Assembly (NCBI RefSeq): GCF_963921235.1 | Contig: NC_086097.1 | Coordinates: 218,366,001 to 218,430,000 of the forward strand | Direction: 5' to 3' | DNA: 64,000 nt | Source: Mobula hypostoma | Taxonomy: Eukaryota | Shown here: in pieces, positions 13,401 through 25,294 of the stretch | Position numbering within the stretch: the first letter of the stretch is position 1 | Layout: each line of letters begins with the position of its first letter | The notes under the pieces: generated by a model | The model's input: the letters and a program-made list of their open reading frames with translations, nothing else | Database searches by the model: none | What the model was told of the DNA's origin: nothing | Program-made: the position numbers and the translations under genes

Positions 13401-15250
13401 TTTTGACCTATCATCTGGCTGTCCTTCCTCACAGTCACGGCACACAGCATCTACTTTTATGCCAACTGCCCCATCCTCATCCCCATCGCTCCAGTTCCCA
13501 TCCCCCTTACAAACTTGTTTAAGCTCTCCCAACAACTCTAGCAAAGCCTGTCCACAAGGATATTGGTCTCACTCAGGTTCCAGTGTCGCCTGTTCTTTTT
13601 GTACCAGTCATACCTTCTTTCGAAGAAATTGCAATGATTCAGAAATCTGAAACCCAGCCCCCTACACCACTCCATAAGCCATTTATTCATCAGTACTATC
13701 ACCCTATTCCTGGCCTGACTAGCATGTGGTACTGGCAGTAATCCAGAGATTACTACCTTACAGGTCCTGTTCTTCAGCCCCTCCCCAAGCTCCCTATACT
13801 CACAGCACAGGACCTCTTCCTCCTTTTTATCTTTGTCATTGGTGCCAATGTGAGTCATGATCTTGGGTTGCTCACCTCACTCTTAAGAATCTTCTGCAGC
13901 CAATTTGAGACATTTTGGACCTTAGCAACTGTGAGTCAACACACTATCCTGGCTTCTTTTGTCAGCAGGAGGAGAAGATGGCAGCGTGACGCAGCACGCG
14001 CAGCTCTCCAGTGAAATGATATCGTTTCTGTTAAATAGGGTCCGTGGACAATTCTGATTTGATGAAGACAGACGTGAGAAACAGAGGAACACCTGGAGAA
14101 ATTTCTGAAATGCCTGGTTCACCACTGTTGCTACTGTGCGATCGAGAATCTCCGAAGGGTAGGCCCCAAAATCCCCGGCTTTGCCTGCTGCTGGCGACCG
14201 AGGCTGAGGTCGAAACGTTCGGATAGAGATGGCGCTCAGTACTCGGTGTCGGACGGCTGATCAGAGCTCGAAGTTTTCGGACGACTCAGAGTTGAACTGT
14301 GGTCAGGCAAGGCAGGGAGAGCTTTCTTCCTTCTCCCGTCTGCGTGAGATGTGGGACTTTTGAGAAACTTTGAACTTTTTTTACTGTGCCATGGCCTGTT
14401 CTTCATCAAGTTATGGTATTGTTGCACTGTTGTAACTATATGTTATAATTATGTGGTTTTGTTAGTTTTTCAGTCTTGGTCTGTCCTGTGTTTTTGTGAT
14501 ATCACACCGGAGGAATATTGTATCATTTCTTAATGCATGCATTACTAAATGACAATAAAAGAGGACTACGTGTCCTCATAATCTAATCTTTTTTGTTGCC
14601 ACAGAATCTGCTGCCTGTCCCCCCATCTACCGAGTCTCCTATCACCATCGCTCTGTCTGAATTTACCTTTCCTTCCTGAGCCTCAGAGCTGGCCACAGTG
14701 CCACTGACTTGACTGATGCTGCTGTGCCCTGATAAGCCATTCCCCCCCGCCCCCCAGCCACATTTAAAGCAGTATACTTGTGGGTGAGGGGATTTGCCAC
14801 AAGGAGATCCTGTACTGACTGCTTACTCTGCCTACAGCTCATGGTGGTCACCCATCTACTATCTGAAGTCTGCTCAATTCAGTAAATCAGTCATCTATGA
14901 AATTTTCAGCCTCTCAGATGGCCCTGTGTGCATCCAGCTCCAGTTCCTTGATCTTGTCATTCAGGAGCTGAAGTTGGGTGCACTTCAGGAAGACTGTTAG
15001 GTACCCTGAAGTGACACATCTCACAGGAAGAGAATTCCACTGCCTGAACTACCATTCTGACTTCTCAAACTTCAGTTCTAGCCTGTGTCTGTTCTCACCG
15101 GCTCCTATCCATTCTAACACTGGCCCACTCCAACAATGGCTGCTCCACTTAAACCTTGCTCCTTTTTAATGGCCCCCGCTAAATAACCCGAGCTACTATT
15201 AACCCAAACAATCTTCCACTCAGCAATCAAGTTCTGAGAGCCCCCGCTCG
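10490..15250 (-). mobile_element. Near full-length decayed CR1 LINE with esterase-type ORF1, split by a retroposon at 13965-14590
   Basis: 3' tail at about 10490-10620; RT and APE fragments (ITETWL, YRPPNS); ORF1 SGNH/esterase remnant HIGTND...VVISGLLPVPHA (13538-13858); N-terminal ORF1 remnant near 14900-15050. Confidence 0.9.
13965..14590 (+). mobile_element. Non-coding retroposon of about 620 bp, copy 1
   Basis: Starts GGAGGAGAAGATGGCAGCG, ends gacaataaaagaggac...cataatctaatc. A clearly homologous copy lies inverted at 42180-42858. It interrupts CR1 ORF1. Confidence 0.85.
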
Positions 15251-15734
15251 CTTTTTAAAACTAGTACGTAAAGTCCCAACCGAACCTGCTCATTTAAAAA
15301 AAAACTGATGCACATCATATCTATTTAATCACTTTACGTAGTTGTTCCCCCACCATGAACAAAATTTACTTGGAACAGGGATCTGGAATTGCAAACTGAA
15401 GATGACCATATTAAAAGTGCAGGGTGACAGCTCTGGAGGAGAGTGCTGGACCCAGTGGGTGTTGGTGTTGGTGTGCCCAAGCAACAGGAGAATCTAATTA
15501 TTCAAAGATCTTTCAGTGCATTTACTTCAACCTCATGCTTTGATATAAGTATCTTACCCTACAGGCAGAGCATTAGAACTGATAAGGCTTGTCCTCAGTA
15601 TCTCTCTAAGAATTGTGCCTTTTGACACCAGCAATATATTAAATTAGTACAACCACCAGATGCAAACATACCTTTGAGGTGCATCGGGACAATAAGATAT
15701 CCCAAAAGTCAAAAGCTTATTCAAATTTCATTCA

Positions 15735-16088
15735 CAACCTAGCACACATACCTCATTCCTGGGTCTCACATTAGGGAGAGAGCCTGTGGTATGTCGAATA
15801 CCGGGTGAAAAAGTCATCTGTGTCTTTGCTGTTGCCTTGCTCACGCTTGAGTGCTTGGTGCCAATGCTTTTTTTTTTGCTGGTGGGGGAGGGGGGATTGT
15901 CGCTTGCTGCCACTTACGTGCGGGAGGGAGGGGAGCTGGGGGGGGCACTTTGGGGTTCTAACATTTAACTGTTGTTCATTCTTTGGGGCACTCCTCTGTT
16001 TTCGTGGATGGTTGTGAAGAAAAAGCATTTCAGGATGTATATTGTATACATTTCTCTGACATTAACTGTACCTTTGAAACCTTTGAAT
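15735..16088 (+). mobile_element. Retroposon 3' fragment with a (CCTTTGAAA)-type tail
   Basis: Ends ctctgacattaactgtacctttgaaacctttgaa; the tail architecture is similar to 5655-6630. Confidence 0.5.
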
Positions 16089-17210
16089 ATGTCCAACATA
16101 AACACATTCAAGATAGACACTACCACTGCAAAAGTGTACATTTAAATACCAATATCATTAAAATAAATATGACATGTTCTGCAGGATTTGAAGAGCATGT
16201 TTCCTACACAGAGCGAATTTTGACAGTCAATGGTCAGTTCTGTCTTCACAGAAATTTTTTATCTGTTGTAAGCATATACAGGAGTGCCAGCTAATCCTCA
16301 GTCAGTAGTGCTGGCATGAGCTCACGTTAAAAAGTGATCTCTTCAAGTATATCTGAAGTTAACAGCTGCAGAATGATTGCCTTTTGTCACTATCTTTGTA
16401 GCATGCTTAGAACTGGTATACATTATTGTGGGTGAATACTGCTGTTCGACCATGTAACATCAGCTTTCCTTTCCTTTCGAGGTTTCTCCACAGCAAGCTC
16501 TAAACTAACAAGCCCACTTACTGCCCAGTGAGTCGCTGCACAACAGGAAGAGCAGCAATGTGGCTGCCCCCAGACAGCACCAGCGCAGATACTAACAATG
16601 CATCTAATTTTTCCAGGGAGACACCTAGCACCTAACCATCTAGCAGCGGTGGGGGGGGGGGAGGGGGAAGAGGATATCTTACTTCCATTATTTAGTACCA
16701 GATTCTGAAGTGAAAAAAAAGAGGGAGCAGGATTCTGCCTTTCCTGAGGTCAGGTAGGTCCTAGCTGTCCTGAGCTGAGCGAGACTTGACTGAAAATTAT
16801 TGAAGAGTGCTCCTTCAACTGTCTAATAGTACAGTCATTTCAGCACATTGAAAATCTATCGTATGACGGCAGAGTATGTGGCACGGGGGTGGGGGGTGTG
16901 GTTTGATGAATTGAGTAAAGATGGCAGACTGAAAAAACTTACCTTTGTTTCATGGTAGACACAATCTTTACATATGCACTTTTTAAGATAATTAGCACAA
17001 ACGGAATGCTCTTGAAACGAGCCTGATCTGTTTCCCCACACCTTCCCCATCACTATTATCTTTTCTTTTGGTTAAACAAAAAAAAATCCCGATTTCAGCT
17101 GACTTCTCACACTGCAGCTCACAACAGACATTCCCAGTATGAACGAGGGTTATGTGCCTTATGTGTTTTACACAGGACCACATTTGGAAATAGTGTCTTT
17201 AGTTACATAC

Positions 17211-17322
17211 CTCTTCTAAGGTGTGATAGACTTCATAGTTGTAGAGAGAATTGGACCGACGATATCGAGCACCAAAGCCACTCTGCTTCTCCATTAGTTC
17301 TTGAAGATCAGAAACAAGGATC
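17211..17322 (-). CDS. CPA6: CPA6 coding exon 4 (end of prodomain, furin site, start of mature enzyme)
   Basis: tattag|(K)ILVSDLQELMEKQSGFGARYRRSNSLYNYEVYHTLEE|gtatgt. 112 nt. RYRR is followed by YNYEVYH. Confidence 0.95.
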
Positions 17323-17344
17323 CTAATATTAAAGAAGAAGGTAA

Positions 17345-18309
17345 TTTTGAAGAGATTCCCAACCCTTCTCCCAGAGTCAGGTGAAATCGGTGTTGGGGGG
17401 GGGGGGCGCTATCTGCTGACAGCCCGGGTTGCAGCGGGACCCTGCAAGTCTGAGTTGCAGGAGGGCACAATAGATAGGCCGGGGGAAGTCTCGCCCGGTA
17501 GACCAGAAGTATCCCCAGTTGTGTCGGAACACGAAGAGGTAGATGAGGGGATACAGAGGTCTCACAGAATCAGGAGACCAACGGATAGACTGGCCTATGT
17601 AGCACCGGGGGAACAGAGTGTGGCCCCTACTGTTTTGGGGAACTATGTCACTGCCTTTTACACCTGGGTAGGACTTTGTTTTGCAGGAAGGGTTGGCAAA
17701 TTATCTTAAAGTCATGAGGACATGACTAAATTTGGTGGGGGGAGAGCGTAACACCCTGGGAAAAGTTTCACTGCTAATGTAGTGGTTTCTCTGTAGCGCA
17801 GCATCTGGGTTATGACTAGAGATAACGGGGGCTTTGGAATGTGTGCTGGCCAATAAGGGGAGGTGTTTTTCTTTCTTGTGTGCCTGAGAGAAGGTTTTGT
17901 GGTCTTTTGTTCGGTGGAAGATGGAGAGAGAAGATACCAGAATGGGGAAGTCGTAGACTGCAGGACGAAGTAGACTTGGAAAGGGGTCGAGAGCTGGTGA
18001 CACCCGGGGGAAAACTGATGGAGAATGAGCAGACGGGAAAACAGTGATCTCTAACGTGCGCATTACACTGTTTCATGAAAATGGGCCCTTTTTCCTTTTT
18101 TGTTTCTTTACTAACCCTATAGTCAAATTAAGAATTATAAATCTCAATCGTTTAATTCCATATTGTGTACTGTTTGTTATTTCATGGTACTGATTTGTAA
18201 CAGGGGAATACATCACGCAGCATCCACCCAAACGAGATTTCTCAAGTTTAGCCGGGCCAGAGGCTGCCTTCCCCTAGATTTACGCCGCTAGCCGAACCTG
18301 AGGGTTACA
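17345..18309 (+). mobile_element. Gypsy/Ty3 LTR retrotransposon 3' end: pol C-terminal remnant, PPT and 3' LTR (17747-18309)
   Basis: QRSHRIRRPTDRLAY (gypsy integrase-tail-like motif); purine tract ggtggggggagag at 17734-17746; LTR termini (c)GTAACACCC...GGGTTACA form an inverted repeat. Confidence 0.8.
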
Positions 18310-18589
18310 CTCGCATCACTATAGAAACACCATTGTTATTTTCACCTCTTCATTACGAAGCTTATTCTCAGCAGTCTCAAATCTTTGGTGACCCACAAAT
18401 GTGGGAAATGGGTGGTGTTGATATGAATTTGGAACAACATGCTTAAGTCCTTCAATCACCCGCATATTTTAAAAACTGAAACACCAACAATGTTACTAAC
18501 GGCTTGTTTGACAGAAAAGATGCCAGATATGTAGAGTAATGTAAATTCACTTGTGCAGGTCTTCAAAGGTGGCTAGATTCATCAGTCAT

Positions 18590-19270
18590 TTTGATACAGG
18601 ACCATAAGACGTAGCAGCAAAATTAGGCCATTTGGCCAATCGAGTTTGCCTTGCCATTCTATCATGGCTGATACTTTTTTTTCCCTCCTCAACCCCTTTT
18701 CCTGGCCTTCTCCCCGCTGTAATGTTTGATGCCTTAAGCACACCCAACAACCTGGCCTCCACAACTGCACACAGCAACAAATTCCACAACTTTACCACCC
18801 TCTGGAAAAGGGTGTGAAAAAAATTTCTGCACATCTCGGTTTTGAATGGACAGGATTTTCACTGAAGGAAACCATGCTGACTCTGCCCTATCTTGTCCTG
18901 TGTCATCGTTTGTGATGTCACTCCATCACCTCATCCTTAACAATTGACTCTAACCACTGAAGTCAGACTAACTGGTCTATAATTTCCTTTCTGGTGCCTT
19001 CCTCCTTTCTTAAAGAGTGGAGTGACATTTGCAATTTTCCAGTCCTCTGGCACTATGCCAGAGTCCAATAATTTTTGAAAGATCATTTCTACTGCTGCCA
19101 CAATCTCTAATGCTACCTCTTTCAGAACCCTAGGGTGCAGTTCATCTGGTCCAGGTGACTTATGTACTTTTAGGTCTTTGAGCACCTTCTCCCTTGTAAT
19201 AGTAACTGCATCCACTTCTCTTCCTTCACACACTACAACATCTGGCACACTGCTAGTGTCTTCCACAGAT
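18590..19270 (-). mobile_element. CR1 fragments (3' tail joined to an RT N-terminal piece)
   Basis: KSPGPDELHPRVLKE and NYRPVSLTS; CR1 tail at 18600-18840. Confidence 0.85.
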
Positions 19271-19419
19271 TTCTTTTGAGAAAAAAATGATGCAGTAAAA
19301 CACTATTACTATTATCTTGTAACCATTTACAATTATTAATTTTTTGATAAAATTATAGTTCTTTACAAAATAGATCTATTTGTTGCTGTTTTGACAAGTT
19401 AATTTTTGAGAATTGTATT

Positions 19420-20245
19420 TGGAAAACCATGACCTAATTAGTGAGAGCCAGCATGGCTCTGTGCAGGGCAAGCCATGTCTTACAAACTTAATTAAGTTTT
19501 TTGTTGAAGTTGATTGGTGAAGGTAGAGCTGTGGATGCAGTCTACATGGTTTTTACTAAGGCAACTGACAAAGTTCCTTTGTGGGAAGCTCATCCAGAAG
19601 ATTAAGATGCGTAGAATGGTGAATTTGATGTTTGGATTCGGAACCGGCTTACCCACAGAATGCAGAGGAGACTTATTCAACCTGGAGGTCTGTGATTAGT
19701 GGTGTGCTGCAGGGATCTACACTGGGACCTCTGTATGAGATGTATATAAATGACCTGGATGAAAATGTAGATGGATGGGTTATAAAGTTTGCAGATGATA
19801 TGAAGATTGGTGGTGTTGTGGATAGTGTAGATGACTGGCAAAGAACACAGCGGGATATAGATCAATTTCAGATATGTGTGGAGAAATGGCACGTGGAGTT
19901 TAACCTGGCCAAATGTGAAGTGTTGCACCATTGTAGGTCAAATGTAAACTGACAGTATCTAAAGTGACAATGGTTAAGGGTAAGACCCTTAACAGTGTTG
20001 ATGAGCGGAGGGATCGTGGGGTCAAAGTTCATAGCTCCCTGAAGGTGGCTACACAGGTTGATAGGATGGTTAAGGAGGCATATGGCATGCTTTTATCAGT
20101 CGAGACATTGAGTTCAAAAGTCAGGAAGTTATATTGCAGCATTATAAAATACTAGTTAGGCCACATTTGGAGTATTTCATTCAGCTGTGTTTGGCCCATT
20201 ATAGGAAGGATGTTGAGGCTTTGGAGAGGGTTTACCAGGATGCTT
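19420..20245 (+). mobile_element. CR1 RT fragment
   Basis: GVLQGSTLGPL and KFADDMKIGG motifs. Confidence 0.85.
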
Positions 20246-20294
20246 CCTGTTAATGATGAAAGGAGCATTACAGCTCAATTCCCTGTGTGCGTTT

Positions 20295-20299
<5 letters not shown>

Positions 20300-20327
<28 letters not shown>

Positions 20328-20567
20328 CATACTCTGCCAGGGCCTCGGTAACCACTTTTTCAAGTGGTTGTCTTGGAGGAAAGATTCGGTGAGTGATCTG
20401 CCACGTCCTTCTCACAGCGCAGTTTTTTTTTACAAGGCCGAGTTGCGAGCTCGGCACTCAACCCGGCATGGATGGAAAGCGTGCCCGGGATCGGTTCGAC
20501 TGGATTCGAACTTGGGAACCTTCGCTCCGAAGTCCGGCGCTGATGTCACTGTGCCACCAGCCGGCCC
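20300..20567 (-). mobile_element. tRNA-derived SINE with a (CA)n tail
   Basis: Minus strand GGGCCGGCTGGTGGCACAGTGACATCAGCGCCGGACTTCGGAGCGAAGGTTCCCAAGTTCGAATCC has an A box (TGGCACAGTG), a B box (GTTCGAATCC) and a tRNA-Arg(TCG)-like loop. Possible TSD gtgtgc at 20285 and 20568. Confidence 0.8.
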
Positions 20568-22299
20568 GTGTGCAGTAGGGGAGATTAAAGAATACTAGGG
20601 GCAATTATTTATTTGTAGCAAATTCTATTCAGGTGCTGGATATCACCAAGTAAAACCAAAACATTCATCCCTAGACTTCAGTGAGTTTCAGGAAACTGCA
20701 GTTTCTCTGAGGCAGCCATTTTGTGACACATTATGAGCAAAGCAAATATAATAAGAACCATTCAACTTCTAAATTAAAAGCAAACATTTCAAATATATTT
20801 AATTTTGGAATTTATTTTGGCCCAGCAATTTTCTGTTCTATATTTTGAGTTAAAATGATGTACCTCAACTTTAAAAGTAGGTATGCGTTTTCATTGCACT
20901 TACTAAGAGCATTTAAGCAATCGACTCCAAGTCAAATATAAAACGATAATGGGTTGTGAATATAAATGCAACTTTATAATACATTGACTATTTTTCTCTG
21001 CCTTGCAAAAATTCATCCATTTTAGAAATTATGCTTGTGTTGAAAATATTAGTCAGGAAATGTGACCTCAGGACAGTTGTAAATGCAGCTGCAATGGCAA
21101 GGAAAAAAACAATCAACAAATCCACTGGTTACCTGTGTGGTTAGTATTTTTTAAGGAGAGTGAAATAGTCTGCTTTAAAAAAAAGGATTTGGCTGTGTAG
21201 AAAAATAACCTGTGTAAATTTGACAGTTTCTATAGCATTAAATGTCCAATTGCACACTGAAATTGGTTCCTAATTTAAGAACAGAAAAATATAATAATTC
21301 TATATTTTGATGAGGATTTTTTGCAAGGCCTCAATGAAAATATGCACAAAAGAGACAAATGACATTTCTTAACATCAAATAAATTTGTGATCTCTGCACA
21401 TGCTCGCATAAACAACACTTAGCTTTTTAGTTGTCTTTCTCAATGAGCCAAGCTCATGTCTTCCAAGACCCAAACAACTCTTAATTTTAGTAAAATAATT
21501 GTGATGATTACAAAGTACTATTTTAAACTTGTTAGTAGGAAATTCTTCACCATTAAAGGAATTATCACCCACCTTTTTGCCACAATATTGTTTCTTCTTA
21601 AGTAGTCAATATGAGAACAAATACTCACAAAAATATGATATTGTCCACTTCAAATTAATAAACAAAATTAATTCAATACTACACTTCCCTTGAGAACCAC
21701 TGCTGGCTAACTCAATGGAGACTATCAAGTTCCATTATTTCCTCCACAGCTTCTTTTGGTCATTCATAGCAATTAGTAGGATGGGTGGAACTCAAAGAAC
21801 CAGGGAAGAGATTAGAATATTTTTAATGCATTAAGTAGCCATGATTTAAAACTTCCTCCCTAAAGATTGATTTGAAATTTGCTTGAAGATTCAAAATTAA
21901 CTTTCCAAAGAAATTTGGATATATATTTGACAAAGAAATCTGGAAGACTCCAAGGTTATCTGGGGAAGTGGGAGGAGACTGGGATGAACTGTACATAAGA
22001 CCATAAAACATAGGAGCAGAATTGGGCCATTTGACCCATTGAGTCTCCTCTGCCATTCAATCATGTCTGATCCTTTTTTGTTAACTATTTAACTGACAGA
22101 CATGATAGGCATTTTTCATTTCTGCCTCCTTACAGGTCACAGCGAGGCTCAAATTAGATGTTATCTAAGTTAGAGTCATGAATTATCAGTGAACCAATGC
22201 CCCATCCTTTAATTCATTGCTTCTCCCACTTCATCTCAGACAGGAGTGAAATGATTTTGGTTAATGGAAAGTAACAGCAGGGAATCCAACACAAACCTC

Positions 22300-23518
22300 A
22301 AAAACGCAAAATACTCTGCAGATGCTGGGGTCAAAGCAACACTGACAACACACTGGAGGAACTCAGCAGGTCGGGCAGCATCCGTGGAAATAATCAGTCA
22401 ACGTTTCAGTCCAGAACCCTTCGTCAGGACTGAAGAGGGAAGGGGCAGAGGCCCTATAAAGAAGGTGGGGGGAGGGTGGGAAGGAGAAGGCTGGTAGGTT
22501 CCAGGTGAAAAACCAGTAAGGGGAAAGATAAAGGGGTGGGGGTAGGGAGGAAAGGTGAAGAAGGAATAGGGGAAAGCACAATGGGTAGTAGAAGGAGGCG
22601 GAACCATGAGGGAGGTGGTAGGCAGCTGGGGGAGGGGGCAGAGTGAAACTGTGATGGGGAAGGGGGGGGGAGAGGGAATTACTGGAAGTTAGAGAAAACA
22701 ATGTTCATACCAAGGGACTGGAGACTACCTAGATGGTATATGAGGTGTTGCTCCTCCAACCTGAGTTTAGCCTCATCATGGCAGTAGAGGAGGCCATGTA
22801 TGGACATATCCGATTCTGCATCGGGTTTCGCCGATGTAGAGGAGGCCACACCAGGAGCACCGGATGCAATAGATGACCCCAACAGACTCACAGGTGAAGT
22901 GTTGCCTCACCTGAAAGGATGCAGATTGGGGGACTGCTTTGTCGAGCACCTCTGCCCCGTCCTCCACAACAGACAGGATCTTCCGGTTGCCACCCACTTC
23001 AACACTGCTTCACATTCCCATTCGGATATGTCCATACATGGCCTCCTCTACTGCCATGATGAGGCTAAACTCAGGTTGGAGGAGCAACACCTCATATACC
23101 GTCTAGGTAGTCTCCATCCCCTTGGTATGAACATAGAATTCTCCAACTTCCGGTCATTCCCTCCCCCTTCTCTTCCCCTATCCCAGTTTCACTCTGCCCC
23201 TCCCCCAGCTGCCTACCATCTCCCTCATGATTCCGCCTCCTTCTACTACCCATTGTGTTTTCCCCTATTCCTTCTTCACCTTTCCTGCCTATCCCCTCCC
23301 TACTTCCCCTTCCCCACCGCTTAATCTTTTCCCTTACTGATTTTTCAACTGGAACCTACCAGCCTTCTCCTTCCCACCCTCCCCCCACCTTCTTTATAGA
23401 GCCTCTGCCCCTTCCCTCTTCAGTCCTGATGAAGGGTTCCGACCCGAAACATTGACTGATCGTTTCCACGGATGCTGCCTGACCTGCTGAGTTCCTCCAG
23501 CGTGTTGTCAGTGTTGCT
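22300..23518. mobile_element. Penelope-like element remnant with inverted pseudo-LTRs and a GIY-YIG fragment
   Basis: GVIYCIRCSWCGLLYIGETR on minus; RLGDCFVEHL...VATHFN on plus; arms 22335-22813 and 23022-23518 are reverse complements. Confidence 0.9.
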
Positions 23519-24329
23519 CCAACAGAAACCTCATCCTTTATCATTCTGCAGGTTGTTTAAAAAGATTTATAACAAATTAAATTTAAATCTCAGAAGCAAT
23601 ACTGGCTTAATTTCATAAAAATTCAATATTGACAATTACCATATTTCACATTCTTTTAAAACAAACTCTGCTATTTCAGAATCTAATGCTGAATGCAATA
23701 TACTTTACATTTCGCTAAAAATATACCTCTATTTAATATTGTTTAATACTGAGCAGCTACCACTTAGTAATAACAGATCCATTGTTTGTCAAGTGTAGCT
23801 GAAAGGAATTGATTTTCAATGCTTGGAGAAAATCTTTTGTGCTCTATGTGAAAGAAAGAATTGATTCACGAAGAATAATTACAGTGTTGCTTATTGTACG
23901 CAGTCTGTGTGACAGTGAAATCTGTTGATAAGCAAAATATATTGAACAAGATTCAAGACAAGTAAGAAATGATAATCCATAAAAACTATAATGATAAGCA
24001 ACAGAAGAGCTAAATCACTGAATTTGCGCCTGCAATGTGCTGCAGAGCATGTGCTTTGGATAACTAATGCGCATCAATGATGAATTTTTTGGATTTGGTG
24101 AGAAATTTGGACAGTAACTACAACAGATTGGCAAAGTCCACCATGTAAACAAATGGAAGTTACCTTCAAATTGAGAATGTCGCCATCAATGGTGGAAAAA
24201 AAGCAGTCCATAAATTTTAAGTATAGCGAAGTTTGCAAATACCAGAAATACTAATGAGACAAAGGTATTATTCTCTGTATTTGTTGTTCTCTTTTTAATA
24301 CATGTGCCTCTTCAGTGCTGTACAGTTTC

Positions 24330-24490
24330 TGAACACTCACAAAATGCTGGGGGAGCTCAGCAGGACAGGAAGCATCCATGGAAAAGAGTAAACAGTCAAC
24401 ATTTCGGGCCGATACCTTTCATCATGTTCCCCCAGCATTTTGTGTGTGGTGCTTGGATTTCCAGAATCTGCAGATTTTCTCATCTTTGAG
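24330..24490. mobile_element. Short Penelope pLTR-derived fold-back fragment
   Basis: cacaaaatgctggggga...tcccccagcattttgtg inverted ends around a decayed hammerhead-like core. Confidence 0.7.
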
Positions 24491-25294
24491 TTTCTGAATA
24501 CTATTCATATAGATTTTCTAAATCTTCGCTAATACAGAGACATGGTCTAATAACACAGAGACACAAGTCTAAATCCTATAATGGCAGCTATGGATTTTAA
24601 ATTCTTTCAAGTCTGATAATTATAATATGAGAAAAAGTACTTAATGTTTTATACACAGAAAACCCACCTGGTTCAAAGATGCCTTCCTAGGGAAGAAATC
24701 TGCTTCCCTCACCCATCTGCTCAAATATGTAGCCCTTGAATATTCTCTGAAATGGTTGAGTAAACCACTGAGTTCTACTATAATTGTTAAATTAAGTGAC
24801 CTTGGCAATGAATTTGAATACAGAGAAGTTTGCCCTTGCCTATATCACTTCACAAAATAAACTTAATGAGCACCTAGGGATTGATATTTAAATTTGGAAA
24901 GGTGTCTTACAGACTTGTCAATTAGTTGTCTGAAAACACTGACTTTTCAAAGTCATAACATCCAATCCATGTGACGCACCACCATCACAATCCTTGGGTA
25001 TATTCTGTCCTGCCACCTGGCAGGGGAAAGTAGATGGTCTAGTGATATAGAGGGTGAAATACCATTTGAGTCTTCAACATTGACTCCAGAACGCATGAAG
25101 CCTCATAGCAATGGGATAAACAAGAACCAGGGAATCCATTTCTGATTATCATTTACCTTTCTCCATCAGCTGATAAATCAAACGTCCATGTTTAACAGTA
25201 GTCAGAGAGAGAGAAATGCAACACAGACACCTGCCTCAGTCCACCATCAATCAGCCATTTACATTCATCCTACATTAATCCCATTTTTTTAAGA

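Noticed and set aside
16937..17030. Cryptic CPA6 exon with ACCATG and strong donor AAG|GTAAGT
   Set aside because: ATGAAACAAAG is phase 2 and out of frame with exon 5 (stop at the start of exon 6), the upstream acceptor is purine-rich, and there is no homology support.
20495..20567. tRNA gene
   Set aside because: Acceptor and anticodon stems do not pair properly, and it runs into a SINE body and (CA)n tail.
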